Shown in pieces: positions 1 through 10,338 of a DNA stretch of 58,281 bases. Position 1 is the stretch's first letter. Each line of letters starts with the position of its first letter. Under the pieces are notes generated by a model, which was not told where the DNA came from, did no database searches, and saw nothing but the letters and a program-made list of their open reading frames with translations. Source of the DNA: Patescibacteria group bacterium (GTDB lineage: Bacteria > Patescibacteriota > Minisyncoccia > UBA6257 > Colwellbacteraceae); the NCBI GenBank assembly GCA_023380305.1, contig JAMCQZ010000006.1, forward strand, positions 1 through 58,281, in the 5' to 3' direction. Position numbers and translations under genes: made by a program.

Positions 1-126
1 AATCGCGGCCTCGATCCGGATAAGGCGACCTGCGCCCGCTGCGGCCGCGGGAAAATTGCCTATTTCTCCAGCCAAGATATAATGTTTTTATGTCGCCAAT
101 GCGGAAGGACAAAATACGGATATTGA
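1..126 (+). CDS. recO: 3' end of a probable RecO (C-terminal Zn finger), partial
   Basis: Frame 1 reads NRGLDPDKATCARCGRGKIAYFSSQDIMFLCRQCGRTKYGY*. The CxxC...F...CxxC pattern fits the RecO Zn finger, and recO near GlyRS is a common arrangement. Not in the ORF track. Confidence 0.55.
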   Translation, partial: NRGLDPDKATCARCGRGKIAYFSSQDIMFLCRQCGRTKYGY

Positions 127-1790
127 TTTTGATAAAAAAAATCCTGTTCGCGGCCGTCGGTATCGCGGCTGTTTTTATTGCCTACGAGCTTTTTTTCGCC
201 GGAGCCTCGAGAAGGCCGGTTATCGCTTTCGAGGCTCCCAAAAACGTCGTCTTGGGGGATATCTTTCCTTTGACGGTTGTTTTTACCAACAACTCCGAGG
301 TTTTGCTCCGGAACGTCGAAGTATCGCTTAGCGTTCCCGACGGCGCCATGTTTAGCGACGGGAAAAACGAAGTGAGAAGGATGCGCGAGGCGGGAACTAT
401 GGATGTGGGCGAGGTCTATAAGGAGACCTTCAATATAAGAGTGCTCGATGCGGCCTCGGTCGAAAAGACTTTTGAGGCCAATGTTTCTTATTTGCCGGCG
501 ACTTTGAACAAGAGTCTAAACGTCAGTAAGGATTTTATCGCCGCCGTGGAAAAGCCCGTGAAGGTGACGCTCGTCGTTCCGAAAGAAGTCATGGCCGGCG
601 AAGAATTTAATTGGCTGATCGATTATGAAAACACGAGCGACAAAGACTGGACTTTGTCTTTCGACCTTACAGCCTCGAAGGATTTTTCGAGCGATTTTTC
701 CAACGGCCCGGTGAACATCAAGGCCGGAGAGAAGGAAGAAGTCGCCTTTAAGGGGTCGGCCAGTCTACCCGACATGAGCGTTTTCAATCTGCGTGTGGAA
801 ACGAAGGGGCGGTTGGAGGGCCGCGATTACGTGCTCGATGATTCTTCCGCGGATATCGGGATCAAAGCGTCGCCGCTTTCCTTAAAGATCAATCTTGTGA
901 ATGCGGAATCGGCGGACAGCGGGGTAAATCCGGGAAGCGTCTTAAAATACCACCTGACCTGCGGTAATTTTAGCGACGAGGTTTTTAAAAATGTCATCAT
1001 CAAAGCGAGCTTCAAGGGAAGCATGTATGATCTTTCAAAGATAGCCGTGGCCGAAGGCGGAAGCCTGAACGCCGGAACTATTTTTTGGAACTACGCCACC
1101 GATCCAAATCTTGCGGCGCTCGATCCGGGTGAGGCGAGGGGGATCGATATAGAAGTCCCCCTGAAGCCGGATTATTCGATAAGACAGGCGAGCGACAAGA
1201 ATTTCACGGTAACCATGGCCGCCCAGGCTGAAGCGACGGTGGCCTCGACCGGACTCAAATTAAAAAGCGTCATCGTCTCCGACGCCAAACTTATCGGAAT
1301 CTTAAAAGTCAGACCCGAGGTTTATTTCCGCGACGCGGCTTCGGGCATTGTAAACAGCGGCAGCCTCCCGCTCCGGGTGGGCGCGCCGACGGATTTCACC
1401 ATCCATTGGTTTTTGTCGAGCGAGGCGACCGATATGAGCAACGTCGAAGTGAGGGCGGTTTTGCCGGTGGGCGTTGCCCTGACCGGCAGCCAGAAAGTGG
1501 CGGTTGGCGAACTGAACTACGACGCGCTTTCCAAGGAAGTCGTCTGGAGAATTCCGAAAATACTCGCGAATACCGGCATTGCCGATAAACCCCTGGAGGC
1601 CATTTTTCAGATAAGGGCGACGCCGATAGACGAATTTACCGGCTCGTATATGCCTCTATTAAGGGAGACAAAAGTGTCGGCTGCGGACGATTTCGCGGGC
1701 GTCGCCGTTTCGGCTTCGGGCGTTCCGCTAAACAGCTCCCTTACCGGCGACTCGACGACGGGTCCGTTAGACGGATTGGTCCGGGAATAA
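90..1790 (+). CDS. Membrane-anchored hypothetical protein with repeated beta-sandwich (DUF11/Ig-like) segments; start may be 99
   Basis: Basic N-terminus, then one hydrophobic helix (ILFAAVGIAAVFIAYELFF) and beta-rich repeats such as PGSVLKYHLTCGN and NVEVRAVLPVGV. Confidence 0.7.
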   Translation: MSPMRKDKIRILILIKKILFAAVGIAAVFIAYELFFAGASRRPVIAFEAPKNVVLGDIFPLTVVFTNNSEVLLRNVEVSLSVPDGAMFSDGKNEVRRMREAGTMDVGEVYKETFNIRVLDAASVEKTFEANVSYLPATLNKSLNVSKDFIAAVEKPVKVTLVVPKEVMAGEEFNWLIDYENTSDKDWTLSFDLTASKDFSSDFSNGPVNIKAGEKEEVAFKGSASLPDMSVFNLRVETKGRLEGRDYVLDDSSADIGIKASPLSLKINLVNAESADSGVNPGSVLKYHLTCGNFSDEVFKNVIIKASFKGSMYDLSKIAVAEGGSLNAGTIFWNYATDPNLAALDPGEARGIDIEVPLKPDYSIRQASDKNFTVTMAAQAEATVASTGLKLKSVIVSDAKLIGILKVRPEVYFRDAASGIVNSGSLPLRVGAPTDFTIHWFLSSEATDMSNVEVRAVLPVGVALTGSQKVAVGELNYDALSKEVVWRIPKILANTGIADKPLEAIFQIRATPIDEFTGSYMPLLRETKVSAADDFAGVAVSASGVPLNSSLTGDSTTGPLDGLVRE

Positions 1791-1809
1791 TAGAATATAT
1801 AAGAAGATC

Positions 1810-3210
1810 ATGGAAACCGATTTGATGGAAAAAATCTTGAGCCTGGCCAAACGCCGGGGTTTTGTTTTTCCGGGGAGTGAAATTTACGGCGGATTGCAGA
1901 ATGCCTGGGATTTCGGTCCTTTGGGTGTCGAGCTGAAACGGAACATCAAAGCCGCTTGGTGGAACAGGTTTATTCATCGGCGTTCCGATATGACTGGCAT
2001 CGACGCTTCTATCTTAATGAACACCAAAGTTTGGGAGGCTTCGGGGCATCTGAAGAATTTCTCCGATCCGCTCGTTGAATGCGAGAAATGTCATAAAAGA
2101 TTCCGATTCGATGAAGTGATTAAGGATTTAGAACAATTTGACAGATATAAAGATGACCCTGAAGGATTAAAAGAATTTTATTCAAGAGAAAGGTGTCCTT
2201 TATGTGGCGCTAATTTTTCTTTTCCACGTCAGTTTAATCTGATGTTGAAGACTCATCTTGGCGCGACCGAAGATAAGGCCTCCGAAGTTTATTTCCGTCC
2301 GGAAACTGCCCAGGGCATTTTCGTCAATTTCAAAAATATCCTAGACACCAAAAGAATGGACTTGCCTTTTGGCGTCGGCCAGATAGGCAAAGCTTTTAGA
2401 AACGAGATCACTCCTGGCAATTTCATTTTCCGCACCCGCGAGTTCGAGCAGATGGAGATCGAGTATTTTATTCCGGTTCCGAAAAGCGACGGGGATTGGA
2501 ACAAGTATTTCGAGATGTGGCGGAAAGAGATGATTGACTGGACCGCAAGCCTCGGCGTCGATGTTGAAAAAGAGATCAACGAACTCGAGGTGCCGAAAGA
2601 AGAGTTGGCGCATTACTCGAAGCGCACCATTGATTTCGAATATCATTTCCCGTTCGGGGCCAAGGAGCTATACGGACTGGCCTATCGCACGGATTTCGAC
2701 CTTAAAAATCACGGAGAGCGTTCCGGCGTCAATTTGAAGTACAAGGATCCGGAGACCGGCGAAGAGTTTTATCCGCATGTCATCGAGCCGACTTTCGGCG
2801 TCGAAAGGAGCGTTCTCGCGGCCATGTGTTCGGCTTACGCCGAAGAGCAGGCGCCTTCGGCGGGATCCGAGGAAAAAACAGAGACGCGGGTTGTCATGAG
2901 GTTCCCGAAATGGTTGGCGCCGGTGAAGGTGGCTGTGCTGCCGCTTTCCAAAAAGGAAGAGTTGTCTTCGGTCGCTAGGCCTTTGGCCGAGGAATTGAGG
3001 CGGGATTTCATCGTCGATTACGACGAAACCCAGTCCATCGGCAAGCGTTACCGCCGGCAGGACGAGATCGGCACGCCCTATTGCGTGACCATCGATTTCG
3101 ATTCCTTAAACGATCATCAAGCGACGGTCCGCGATCGCGACACGATGAAACAGGAAAGGGTTGCTATTTCCGAAATCAAGAGTTATCTTTTGGAGCAATT
3201 TAAAAAATAA
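1810..3210 (+). CDS. glyQS: Glycine--tRNA ligase, homodimeric (alpha2) type
   Basis: SEIYGG, WEASGH, LRPETAQG-like FRPETAQGIFVNF, FRNEITPGNFIFRTREFEQME, EPTFGVER, anticodon-binding domain with IGKRYRRQDEIGTP. Confidence 0.97.
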   Translation: METDLMEKILSLAKRRGFVFPGSEIYGGLQNAWDFGPLGVELKRNIKAAWWNRFIHRRSDMTGIDASILMNTKVWEASGHLKNFSDPLVECEKCHKRFRFDEVIKDLEQFDRYKDDPEGLKEFYSRERCPLCGANFSFPRQFNLMLKTHLGATEDKASEVYFRPETAQGIFVNFKNILDTKRMDLPFGVGQIGKAFRNEITPGNFIFRTREFEQMEIEYFIPVPKSDGDWNKYFEMWRKEMIDWTASLGVDVEKEINELEVPKEELAHYSKRTIDFEYHFPFGAKELYGLAYRTDFDLKNHGERSGVNLKYKDPETGEEFYPHVIEPTFGVERSVLAAMCSAYAEEQAPSAGSEEKTETRVVMRFPKWLAPVKVAVLPLSKKEELSSVARPLAEELRRDFIVDYDETQSIGKRYRRQDEIGTPYCVTIDFDSLNDHQATVRDRDTMKQERVAISEIKSYLLEQFKK

Positions 3211-3212
3211 TC

Positions 3213-4496
3213 ATGCCCGAAATCAACTACGTTAAAACCATTTTCCCGAATGGTCTTAGATATATATTCGTGCCCGAGCCGCAGAGTCTCGCAACCACGG
3301 TTTTAGTTCTCGTCGCCGCCGGCTCGGAATATGAGACCAAAGACAAGAGCGGCATTTCCCATTTTTTGGAGCATCTCTGCTTCAAGGGAACAACCAAGCG
3401 GCCCAGAAGCGGGGCCATTGCCGCCGAGCTTGACGCCTTGGGGGCCGAATACAACGCCTTCACCGCGAACGAGATGACAGGCTATTACGCCAAGGCCGCC
3501 AACAAGAATTTCGAAAAGATTTTGGAGATCGTGGCCGATCTTTACATGAATCCGATCATCGATCAGGCGGAGATGGACAGGGAAAGGGGAGTGATTCTCG
3601 AAGAGATAAACATGTACGAGGACCTGCCGATGGAGAAGGTCAAGGAGAACTTCGCGAAGCTTCTTTATGGAGACCAGCCGGCCGGATGGTCCGTCGCCGG
3701 AAACAAGGAGGTGATTCGGCGCCTGAACAGGGAAGACATCGTCGCTTACCGGACCAGACATTATCTGCCACCGAAAACGACGGTGATCGTTTGCGGCGGC
3801 ATTCCGGAGAATCCCGAAAAAACCGTTTGGAAATATTTTGAGGCGATGCCGAGGGGTGAAACCGTTAAAAAGGAGAAAACCATTGATAGCCAAACCGAGC
3901 CGGAGTTGAATCTTCAGACAAAATCAACCGACCAACTGCACCTTGTCTTGGGGAGCCGGGGCATCAACGCTTTTGATCCTCGGAGGTACGCCTTGATGGT
4001 GCTCGCCGACATTTTGGGAGGCAGCATGTCTTCGAGGATGTTCGTAAAAATTCGGGACGAAATGGGCGCTGCCTATTACGTCCGGAGCGGAGTGGACGAA
4101 TCCTCGGACCATGGTTCGATCTTTGTCGCCGCTGGCATCGACAAAACGAAAATGATCGATGTCTGTCGCGTCATTCTCGCCGAGTTTGAGGACTTGAAGA
4201 ATAATCCGGTTTCCGAGGCGGAGCTCAACAAGGCCAAAGAGCATCTGTCCGGCAACCTGATTTTGCAGCTTGAAACGTCAGATGACATCGCCGTCTTCTT
4301 CGGCGCCGAAGAGATCGTGTCCGGCAAGGTTTTAACCCCGGCCGAAGTGCTTCGGAAGATCAAAGAAGTTACACCCGAAGACATCCGATCCCTGGCGGGG
4401 GAGATTTTTAAGAAGAGCCGGTTGAACTTGGCCGCCATCGGCCCGGATTTCGAAGAAAAGGCATTGCGGGATCTTCTCCAATCCGTTAAGATTTAA
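3213..4496 (+). CDS. M16 family (pitrilysin-like) zinc peptidase
   Basis: Inverted zinc motif HFLEH, FKGT, NAFT, and C-terminal SSRMFVKIRDEMGAAYYV. Confidence 0.92.
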   Translation: MPEINYVKTIFPNGLRYIFVPEPQSLATTVLVLVAAGSEYETKDKSGISHFLEHLCFKGTTKRPRSGAIAAELDALGAEYNAFTANEMTGYYAKAANKNFEKILEIVADLYMNPIIDQAEMDRERGVILEEINMYEDLPMEKVKENFAKLLYGDQPAGWSVAGNKEVIRRLNREDIVAYRTRHYLPPKTTVIVCGGIPENPEKTVWKYFEAMPRGETVKKEKTIDSQTEPELNLQTKSTDQLHLVLGSRGINAFDPRRYALMVLADILGGSMSSRMFVKIRDEMGAAYYVRSGVDESSDHGSIFVAAGIDKTKMIDVCRVILAEFEDLKNNPVSEAELNKAKEHLSGNLILQLETSDDIAVFFGAEEIVSGKVLTPAEVLRKIKEVTPEDIRSLAGEIFKKSRLNLAAIGPDFEEKALRDLLQSVKI

Positions 4497-4499
4497 CCA

Positions 4500-5522
4500 A
4501 TGGAAAAGCGGGAGTTGGAAATCTCTTGGGGCACCCTCTGGAGGGTGGTGGCGATGATCGCCATCGTCGCGTTCCTGATCGCGGCCCACGAAGCCCTGCT
4601 CGTCTTGCTTTTCGCGCTCATCATTTCCTCGGCGCTCGACGGTCTAGTGTCTTGGCTCGAGGGCCGCAAGGTTCCCCGCCTTATTGGAACGGTTCTAATT
4701 TTCCTCGCGATGTCGGTTGTTTTCGGCTTTATTCTTTATGAAGTCGTTCCCTTGGTTTCTTTGGAGACCGCCAAATTGATCGAAACCTATCAGGGTCTGG
4801 GCGGCCTTTTCGGGGAAAACGGTGCCATTTTGGATAAACTAAACCAGACGTTGCTCAGCGGTAATTTCGGCAGCCAGATGGTTGATGCCATTTTGAAGGG
4901 AGCGAGTCCATTCATCTCCGCGGTCGGAGGATTGCTCGGCGGAGTCATATTTCTCGCGACCGTCTTTATCACCTCGTTTTATCTGACCCTGAGCCGCGAC
5001 GGGGTGGAAAGGCTTTTGCGGGCTGTGTTTCCAACGCAGGCCGAAGAGTACATTATCAAGATTTATATCCGGGCCAAAAAAAGAATCGGCCGTTGGATGC
5101 AGGCGCAAATGCTTTTGAGCTTTGTCATCGGCCTGGTGGTTTTCGTGGGGCTTTGGCTCGCCGGCATCGATTACAGTCTTTTGATCGGGGTGCTCGCTGG
5201 ACTTTTCGAAATCGTGCCGGTAGTCGGTCCGATTTTCGCCGGAGCTATCGGCGTGGCCGTCGCTTTTTCGAATTCCTTGTCTCTCGCCGTGGTTACCCTC
5301 ATCTTTTTCGTGATCGTTCAACAGCTTGAAAACAACATTTTGGTGCCGATTTTGATGCGCAAGGCCGTAAATATTCATCCGGTGATCGTTATCATCGCTT
5401 TGATGGCCGGCTTCGAAGTCGCCGGCGTCATCGGAACGGTTCTCGCCATTCCTACCGCCGTTGTCATCCAGGAAGTCGTCGAGAATAGATTGCGGAAGAA
5501 GGCGGAAGACGCCGCCTGTTAA
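4500..5522 (+). CDS. AI-2E family (PerM-like) transporter
   Basis: Multiple transmembrane helices; family motifs FEIVPVVGP, QQLENNILVP, IHPVIVIIAL, G..G..LAIP. Confidence 0.9.
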   Translation: MEKRELEISWGTLWRVVAMIAIVAFLIAAHEALLVLLFALIISSALDGLVSWLEGRKVPRLIGTVLIFLAMSVVFGFILYEVVPLVSLETAKLIETYQGLGGLFGENGAILDKLNQTLLSGNFGSQMVDAILKGASPFISAVGGLLGGVIFLATVFITSFYLTLSRDGVERLLRAVFPTQAEEYIIKIYIRAKKRIGRWMQAQMLLSFVIGLVVFVGLWLAGIDYSLLIGVLAGLFEIVPVVGPIFAGAIGVAVAFSNSLSLAVVTLIFFVIVQQLENNILVPILMRKAVNIHPVIVIIALMAGFEVAGVIGTVLAIPTAVVIQEVVENRLRKKAEDAAC

Positions 5523-6980
5523 ATGAAGACCAGGAAAAAATTCTATATCACGACGTCGATTGCTTACGTGAACGCGGCGCCGCATATCGGCTTCGCCCTG
5601 GAGCTTGTTCTTGCCGACACCATCGCGCGTTATCGCCGCTCCCTGGCAGATGATGTTTTTTTTCTGACGGGGACCGACGAGCATGGCGAAAAAATCAGCC
5701 GGATGGCCTGCTCCGCGGGCAAGAGCCCGAAGGCTTTTGCGTCGGCCATTTCTGAAAAATTCCGGGCGCTTCGAGGTAAGCTCGATCTTTCCTACGATGA
5801 TTTTATCCGGACATCCGACAAAAAACGCCACTGGCCCGGAGCCTTGGCCCTTTGGAAGAGGATCGAGGAAAACGGCGATATCTATCAAAAGAAGTATGAG
5901 GGTCTGTATTGCGTCGGCTGTGAAAGGTTTATCACCAAAAAAGAATTGCTCGACGGCCGTTGTCCGATACACAAAACCGAGCCGGAGGTCATCGAGGAAG
6001 AAAATTATTTTTTCAAATTATCGAATTACCGAGATGAACTCTACAGGATCATCGAGTCCGGAGAATATCTCATTGTTCCGGAGTCGCGCAAGAACGAAGT
6101 GCTGTCGTTTCTTTCGGCCGGGCTTGAGGATATCAGTTTCAGCAGGCCGAAGGCGCACGTCCCCTGGGGAATCCCGATTCCGAAGACCGACCAGACGATG
6201 TATGTTTGGTGCGACGCGCTTTCGAACTACATTTCCGCTTTGGGTTTCGGCCGGAAAGGAGGGGCGGCGCGCCGTTTCCGCAAGTTCTGGCCGGCGGATG
6301 TCCATTTGATCGGGAAAGACATCTTAAGATTCCACGCCGTTATCTGGCCGGCGATGCTCTTGTCCGCCAAACTGCCCTTACCGAAGAAACTCTTTGTTCA
6401 CGGATTCATCACTGTGGACGGAGTAAAAATGTCGAAGAGCCTCGGCAACGTTGTCGATCCTGTCGATCTCGTGGAACGTTACGGCAGCGAGCCGGTGCGG
6501 TATTATCTTCTCCGCGAGATTCCTTCGAACGAAGACGGCGATTTTAGCGAGACAAAGTTCGTCGAACGATATTCCGCCGATCTTTCAAACGGCTTGGGCA
6601 ATTTCGCTTCGAGAGTTTTGAACCTTGGTGCGGGACTGGTTTTCCGTGGACAAAAAATTGGAGAAAAAACAGAGCTTCAAATAAAGCGGGCCGAAGCCAT
6701 GGTTTCGAAACATATGGAAGAGTTTCGAATCCACGAGGCAGTGTCGAGCGTCTGGGAGCTGCTGAAGTTCGGAGACGGCTATGTCAACGAGACCAAGCCC
6801 TGGAAGACCAAAGACAAGCAGGCCATTTTTGATTTGTTAATTATCTTGGAGTCCGCGGCGAGACTGCTCGCGCCGTTTCTGCCGGAAGCAGCCGGAAAGA
6901 TCAAAAAGTGTTTTCGCCGTCGCGGAGGAACTTTACGGGTTTCGAAAATCAAACCGTTGTTTCCGAGAATAAGCGGATAA
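5523..6980 (+). CDS. metG: Methionine--tRNA ligase (short monomeric form)
   Basis: YVNAAPHIGF (HIGH), TGTDEHG, YVWCDAL, GKDILRFH, KMSKS. Confidence 0.96.
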   Translation: MKTRKKFYITTSIAYVNAAPHIGFALELVLADTIARYRRSLADDVFFLTGTDEHGEKISRMACSAGKSPKAFASAISEKFRALRGKLDLSYDDFIRTSDKKRHWPGALALWKRIEENGDIYQKKYEGLYCVGCERFITKKELLDGRCPIHKTEPEVIEEENYFFKLSNYRDELYRIIESGEYLIVPESRKNEVLSFLSAGLEDISFSRPKAHVPWGIPIPKTDQTMYVWCDALSNYISALGFGRKGGAARRFRKFWPADVHLIGKDILRFHAVIWPAMLLSAKLPLPKKLFVHGFITVDGVKMSKSLGNVVDPVDLVERYGSEPVRYYLLREIPSNEDGDFSETKFVERYSADLSNGLGNFASRVLNLGAGLVFRGQKIGEKTELQIKRAEAMVSKHMEEFRIHEAVSSVWELLKFGDGYVNETKPWKTKDKQAIFDLLIILESAARLLAPFLPEAAGKIKKCFRRRGGTLRVSKIKPLFPRISG

Positions 6981-6986
6981 CCGATT

Positions 6987-7805
6987 ATGACTCCCAGCCT
7001 TTTTGACGTTCACACGCACGCGGAATTTGCCGCTTTCAAAGACGATTATCAAGAGGTAATCCGCCGCGCTCTCAATCGTGGCATTTGGTTGAACAACGTC
7101 GGTTCGCAAAAGACGACTTCGGAAAAATCCGTCATGATCGCGCGCGATTACGACGATGGTGTCTACGCGACAGTCGGCTTCCATCCGATTCATGTGAGTG
7201 GCGGAGAAGAGGATCCCCAGGAAGAGTTGTCGGCGGGCGAGGAGTTCGATTACGATTTTTTCAAGAATCTCGCGATGGATTCGAAGGTGGTGGCCGTAGG
7301 CGAGTGCGGGCTCGATTATTTCCATCTGAAAAACGACGCCAAAGAAGAACAAAAGGAAGTTTTTATAAAACACATCGAGCTTTCGGCTGAAATCGGCAAG
7401 CCGTTGATGATTCATTGCCGCGACGCCTATCCTGATTTGATCGAGATTCTGCGGCGGGAAAGGGGACGGCTTTCATCCGACCGGCCGGGAATCAGCCATT
7501 TTTTCACGGGCAGCGTCGCCGACGCCGAGTCCCTTCTGCAGATGGGATTTATGTTTTCCTTCGGTGGAGCGATCACTTTTTCCGGGAGCTACGACGAGGT
7601 CCTCCGGAAAATTCCGCTTGAAAAAATTCTTTTGGAAACAGACGCCCCTTATGTCAGTCCGGCGCCTTTTCGGGGAAAGAGGAACGAGCCCCTCTATGTT
7701 TCCTACGTTTCCGATTACATCGCCAAAGCAAAAGGGGTGGCTTCCGAGGAGGTGGCGCGACAGACGACGGAAAACGCTTTGAGCATTTTTGCAATCAAGG
7801 GTTAA
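6987..7805 (+). CDS. tatD: TatD family hydrolase
   Basis: DVHTH, GFHP, VAVGECGLDY, IHCRDA, ETDAPY, RGKRNEP. Confidence 0.93.
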   Translation: MTPSLFDVHTHAEFAAFKDDYQEVIRRALNRGIWLNNVGSQKTTSEKSVMIARDYDDGVYATVGFHPIHVSGGEEDPQEELSAGEEFDYDFFKNLAMDSKVVAVGECGLDYFHLKNDAKEEQKEVFIKHIELSAEIGKPLMIHCRDAYPDLIEILRRERGRLSSDRPGISHFFTGSVADAESLLQMGFMFSFGGAITFSGSYDEVLRKIPLEKILLETDAPYVSPAPFRGKRNEPLYVSYVSDYIAKAKGVASEEVARQTTENALSIFAIKG

Positions 7806-7826
7806 AAAGCATTAATATCTCTTTAT

Positions 7827-10217
7827 ATGAAAAACTACCCGTTCCAAAAAATCGAGAAGAAATGGACGTCTTTCTGGATCCAGAAGAAGGTTTTTCAACC
7901 CGATCTCAAAAAAGCCAAAAAGCCTTTCTATAATTTGATGATGTTTCCCTATCCTTCGGCTGAAGGGCTTCACGTGGGGAATATGTATGCTTTTACCGGA
8001 AGCGATATTTACGGAAGGTTCATGCGGATGAGGGGGAACGATGTTTTCGAGCCGATCGGCCTCGACGGCTTCGGCATCCATTCCGAGAATTACGCCATTA
8101 AGATCGGAGCGCACCCGATGAAGCAGGCTCGGGTCACGGAAAAGAATTTTTATCGCCAGCTCCTCATGATCGGGAACGGTTTTGCCTGGGACAACCGATT
8201 GGAAACTTACGATCCGGAGTATTATCGGTGGACGCAATGGATTTTCACCGAGTTGTTCAGGGCCGGCTTGGTTTCGCGTAAAAAGTCGCCGGTCAATTGG
8301 TGCCCGTCTTGCAAGACGGTCCTGGCCGACGAACAGGTAATCTCCGGAAAATGTGAACGTTGCGACAGCGAAGTCGTCAAGAAAGACTTGGAGCAATGGT
8401 TTTTCAAGACCACCAAGTACGCCGGTAAGCTTTTGGATAACCTCGACAAATTGGATTGGTCGGAAAAGGTGAAGATCGCCCAAAGAAACTGGATTGGGCG
8501 TTCGGAGGGCGCCTTGATCAAATTCGCCGTTGTCGGCTTCAAATCGCCGATCAGCGTTTTTACGACGAGGCCCGACACTATCTTGGGCGCCACCTATCTC
8601 GTGCTTGCTCCGGAAAGCGCGGTCATTCCGGATCTTCAGAAGAAAATCAAAAACTGGGGCGAGGTTAAAAAATACGTCGAGAAAGCCGAGGGTAAATCCG
8701 AGGCCGAGAGAATCAGCGAAGAGAGGGCAAAAACCGGCGTCGAGCTCAAAGGGGTAAAGGCGATAAATCCGGTGAACAATATGGAAATTCCGGTCTGGGT
8801 CTCGGACTATGTCGTCGAGGGTTACGGCACCGGCGCCATCATGGCTGTGCCGGCTTACGACGAACGCGATTTCGCTTTTTCCGAGAAGTTCGGATTACCG
8901 GTGGTCAAGGCGCCTTTGATTCCCAAGGAGCAAGCAATCAAACAGATTAAGGCCAAAAAGACGGTCGAATACCGTCTCCGCGATTGGTTGATTTCAAGGC
9001 AGCGCTATTGGGGGCCGCCCATTCCTTTGGTTTATTGCGAGCATTGCGCCGAGGCTTTGAAACGGATGACGCCGAAGCAGGCCGCGACCAAGGGCTGGAC
9101 CAAAGGAGAAATAGAAAATTCCGGTTGGATTCCGGTCAGGGCCAAAGATCTCCCGGTGGTGTTGCCTTACGTCAAGAACTTCCGGCCAACCGGCTCCGGA
9201 GAATCTCCTCTCGCCTCACTCAAGAATTTTTATGAAGCCAAGTGTCCGCGTTGCGGAAAGACGGGCCACCGGGAGACCGATGTTTCGGATACCTTTCTCG
9301 ATTCGGCTTGGTACTTTTTGAGATATCCGTCGGTGAACGACAAATCTTTGAGCAAGCGGAACGCTTTTGATCCGAAGCTTACCAAAAAATGGTTGCCGGT
9401 TGATATGTATTTGGGCGGCGCCGAGCATGCCGTTTTGCATCTCCTTTATTCGAGATTCTTAACGATGGCCTTGAAAGACCTGAAGCACATCGATTTTGAA
9501 GAGCCGTTCACGGTCTTCCACGCCCACGGATTGCTTTTGAAAAACGGAGCCAAAATTTCCAAATCGAAAGGCAACGTCATCAATCCGGACGATTATATTA
9601 AAAAGTTCGGCGCCGACGCTTTCCGGATGCATCTCATGTTTCTGGGGCCGCTCGAGGAAGGAGGGGATTTTAGGGATTCGGGCATCGTCGGCATCACGAG
9701 GCTCCTGGACCGGGTCTGGAACTTCGCTTTAAACTTCAAACCCGGGAGAAGGACCGGACTTTCGGAATGGTTAAATAGCTCCATCAAAAAAATCACCAAA
9801 AATATTTCCGATCTCCGTTATAACGTCGCCATTTCGGAGTTGATGGTTATCATGAATAAGTTCTCCGAAAGACCGGACGAGGTGACCAAAAAAGATTTCG
9901 AAACGTTTGTGCTTCTCCTTGCGCCGTTCGCGCCGTTCATGACCGAGGAGATCTGGCAGAAACTCGGTAACAAACCGAGCGTTCATCTGAAGTCGTGGCC
10001 GTCGTTTAGAGAGAGCGCCGTTGGGTCCGGAAGCTTTGAAATGGTCATTCAGGTGAACGGTCGGGTCAGGGACCGGGTGGAGGCGGAAGCGGGGATCGAT
10101 GCCAAAGAAGCGGAAAAAATCGCTTTAGGGAGGCCAAAAATCAAAACCCTGCTTAAGGGAGCCAAACCGATAAGGGTGATCTTCGTCGAGGGCCGATTGA
10201 TCAATATCGTGGCTTAA
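7827..10217 (+). CDS. leuS: Leucine--tRNA ligase
   Basis: MFPYPSAEGLHVGN, CP1 editing motifs TTRPDT and GTGAIMAVP, DWLISRQRYWG, KISKSKGN (KMSKS variant). Confidence 0.97.
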   Translation: MKNYPFQKIEKKWTSFWIQKKVFQPDLKKAKKPFYNLMMFPYPSAEGLHVGNMYAFTGSDIYGRFMRMRGNDVFEPIGLDGFGIHSENYAIKIGAHPMKQARVTEKNFYRQLLMIGNGFAWDNRLETYDPEYYRWTQWIFTELFRAGLVSRKKSPVNWCPSCKTVLADEQVISGKCERCDSEVVKKDLEQWFFKTTKYAGKLLDNLDKLDWSEKVKIAQRNWIGRSEGALIKFAVVGFKSPISVFTTRPDTILGATYLVLAPESAVIPDLQKKIKNWGEVKKYVEKAEGKSEAERISEERAKTGVELKGVKAINPVNNMEIPVWVSDYVVEGYGTGAIMAVPAYDERDFAFSEKFGLPVVKAPLIPKEQAIKQIKAKKTVEYRLRDWLISRQRYWGPPIPLVYCEHCAEALKRMTPKQAATKGWTKGEIENSGWIPVRAKDLPVVLPYVKNFRPTGSGESPLASLKNFYEAKCPRCGKTGHRETDVSDTFLDSAWYFLRYPSVNDKSLSKRNAFDPKLTKKWLPVDMYLGGAEHAVLHLLYSRFLTMALKDLKHIDFEEPFTVFHAHGLLLKNGAKISKSKGNVINPDDYIKKFGADAFRMHLMFLGPLEEGGDFRDSGIVGITRLLDRVWNFALNFKPGRRTGLSEWLNSSIKKITKNISDLRYNVAISELMVIMNKFSERPDEVTKKDFETFVLLLAPFAPFMTEEIWQKLGNKPSVHLKSWPSFRESAVGSGSFEMVIQVNGRVRDRVEAEAGIDAKEAEKIALGRPKIKTLLKGAKPIRVIFVEGRLINIVA

Positions 10218-10237
10218 AATACCCGGAATTTGTCGGA

Positions 10238-10272
10238 AAAGCCGCTTTTATCTAGATAAAAGCGGCTTTCTT
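10238..10272. terminator. Perfect 32-bp palindrome; probable leuS terminator
   Basis: AAAGCCGCTTTTATCT|AGATAAAAGCGGCTTT (10238-10269) is its own reverse complement and is followed by CTT. Confidence 0.65.
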
Positions 10273-10299
10273 GACTAAAACGCCAAAATGTTTTATAAT
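10271..10299 (+). promoter_or_regulatory. sigma70 promoter for the FN3 gene
   Basis: TTGACT, 17 bp, TATAAT, about 40 nt upstream of the ATG at 10339. Confidence 0.75.
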
Positions 10300-10338
10300 T
10301 TGCTCTATTGGGTCAAAAATAAACGAGCTGAAACAAAT

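Noticed and set aside
4839-5972. Long antisense ORFs here and at 22911-23804, 45617-46441 and 51809-52459
   Set aside because: Shadow frames of well-supported genes, with no motifs or independent expression signals.
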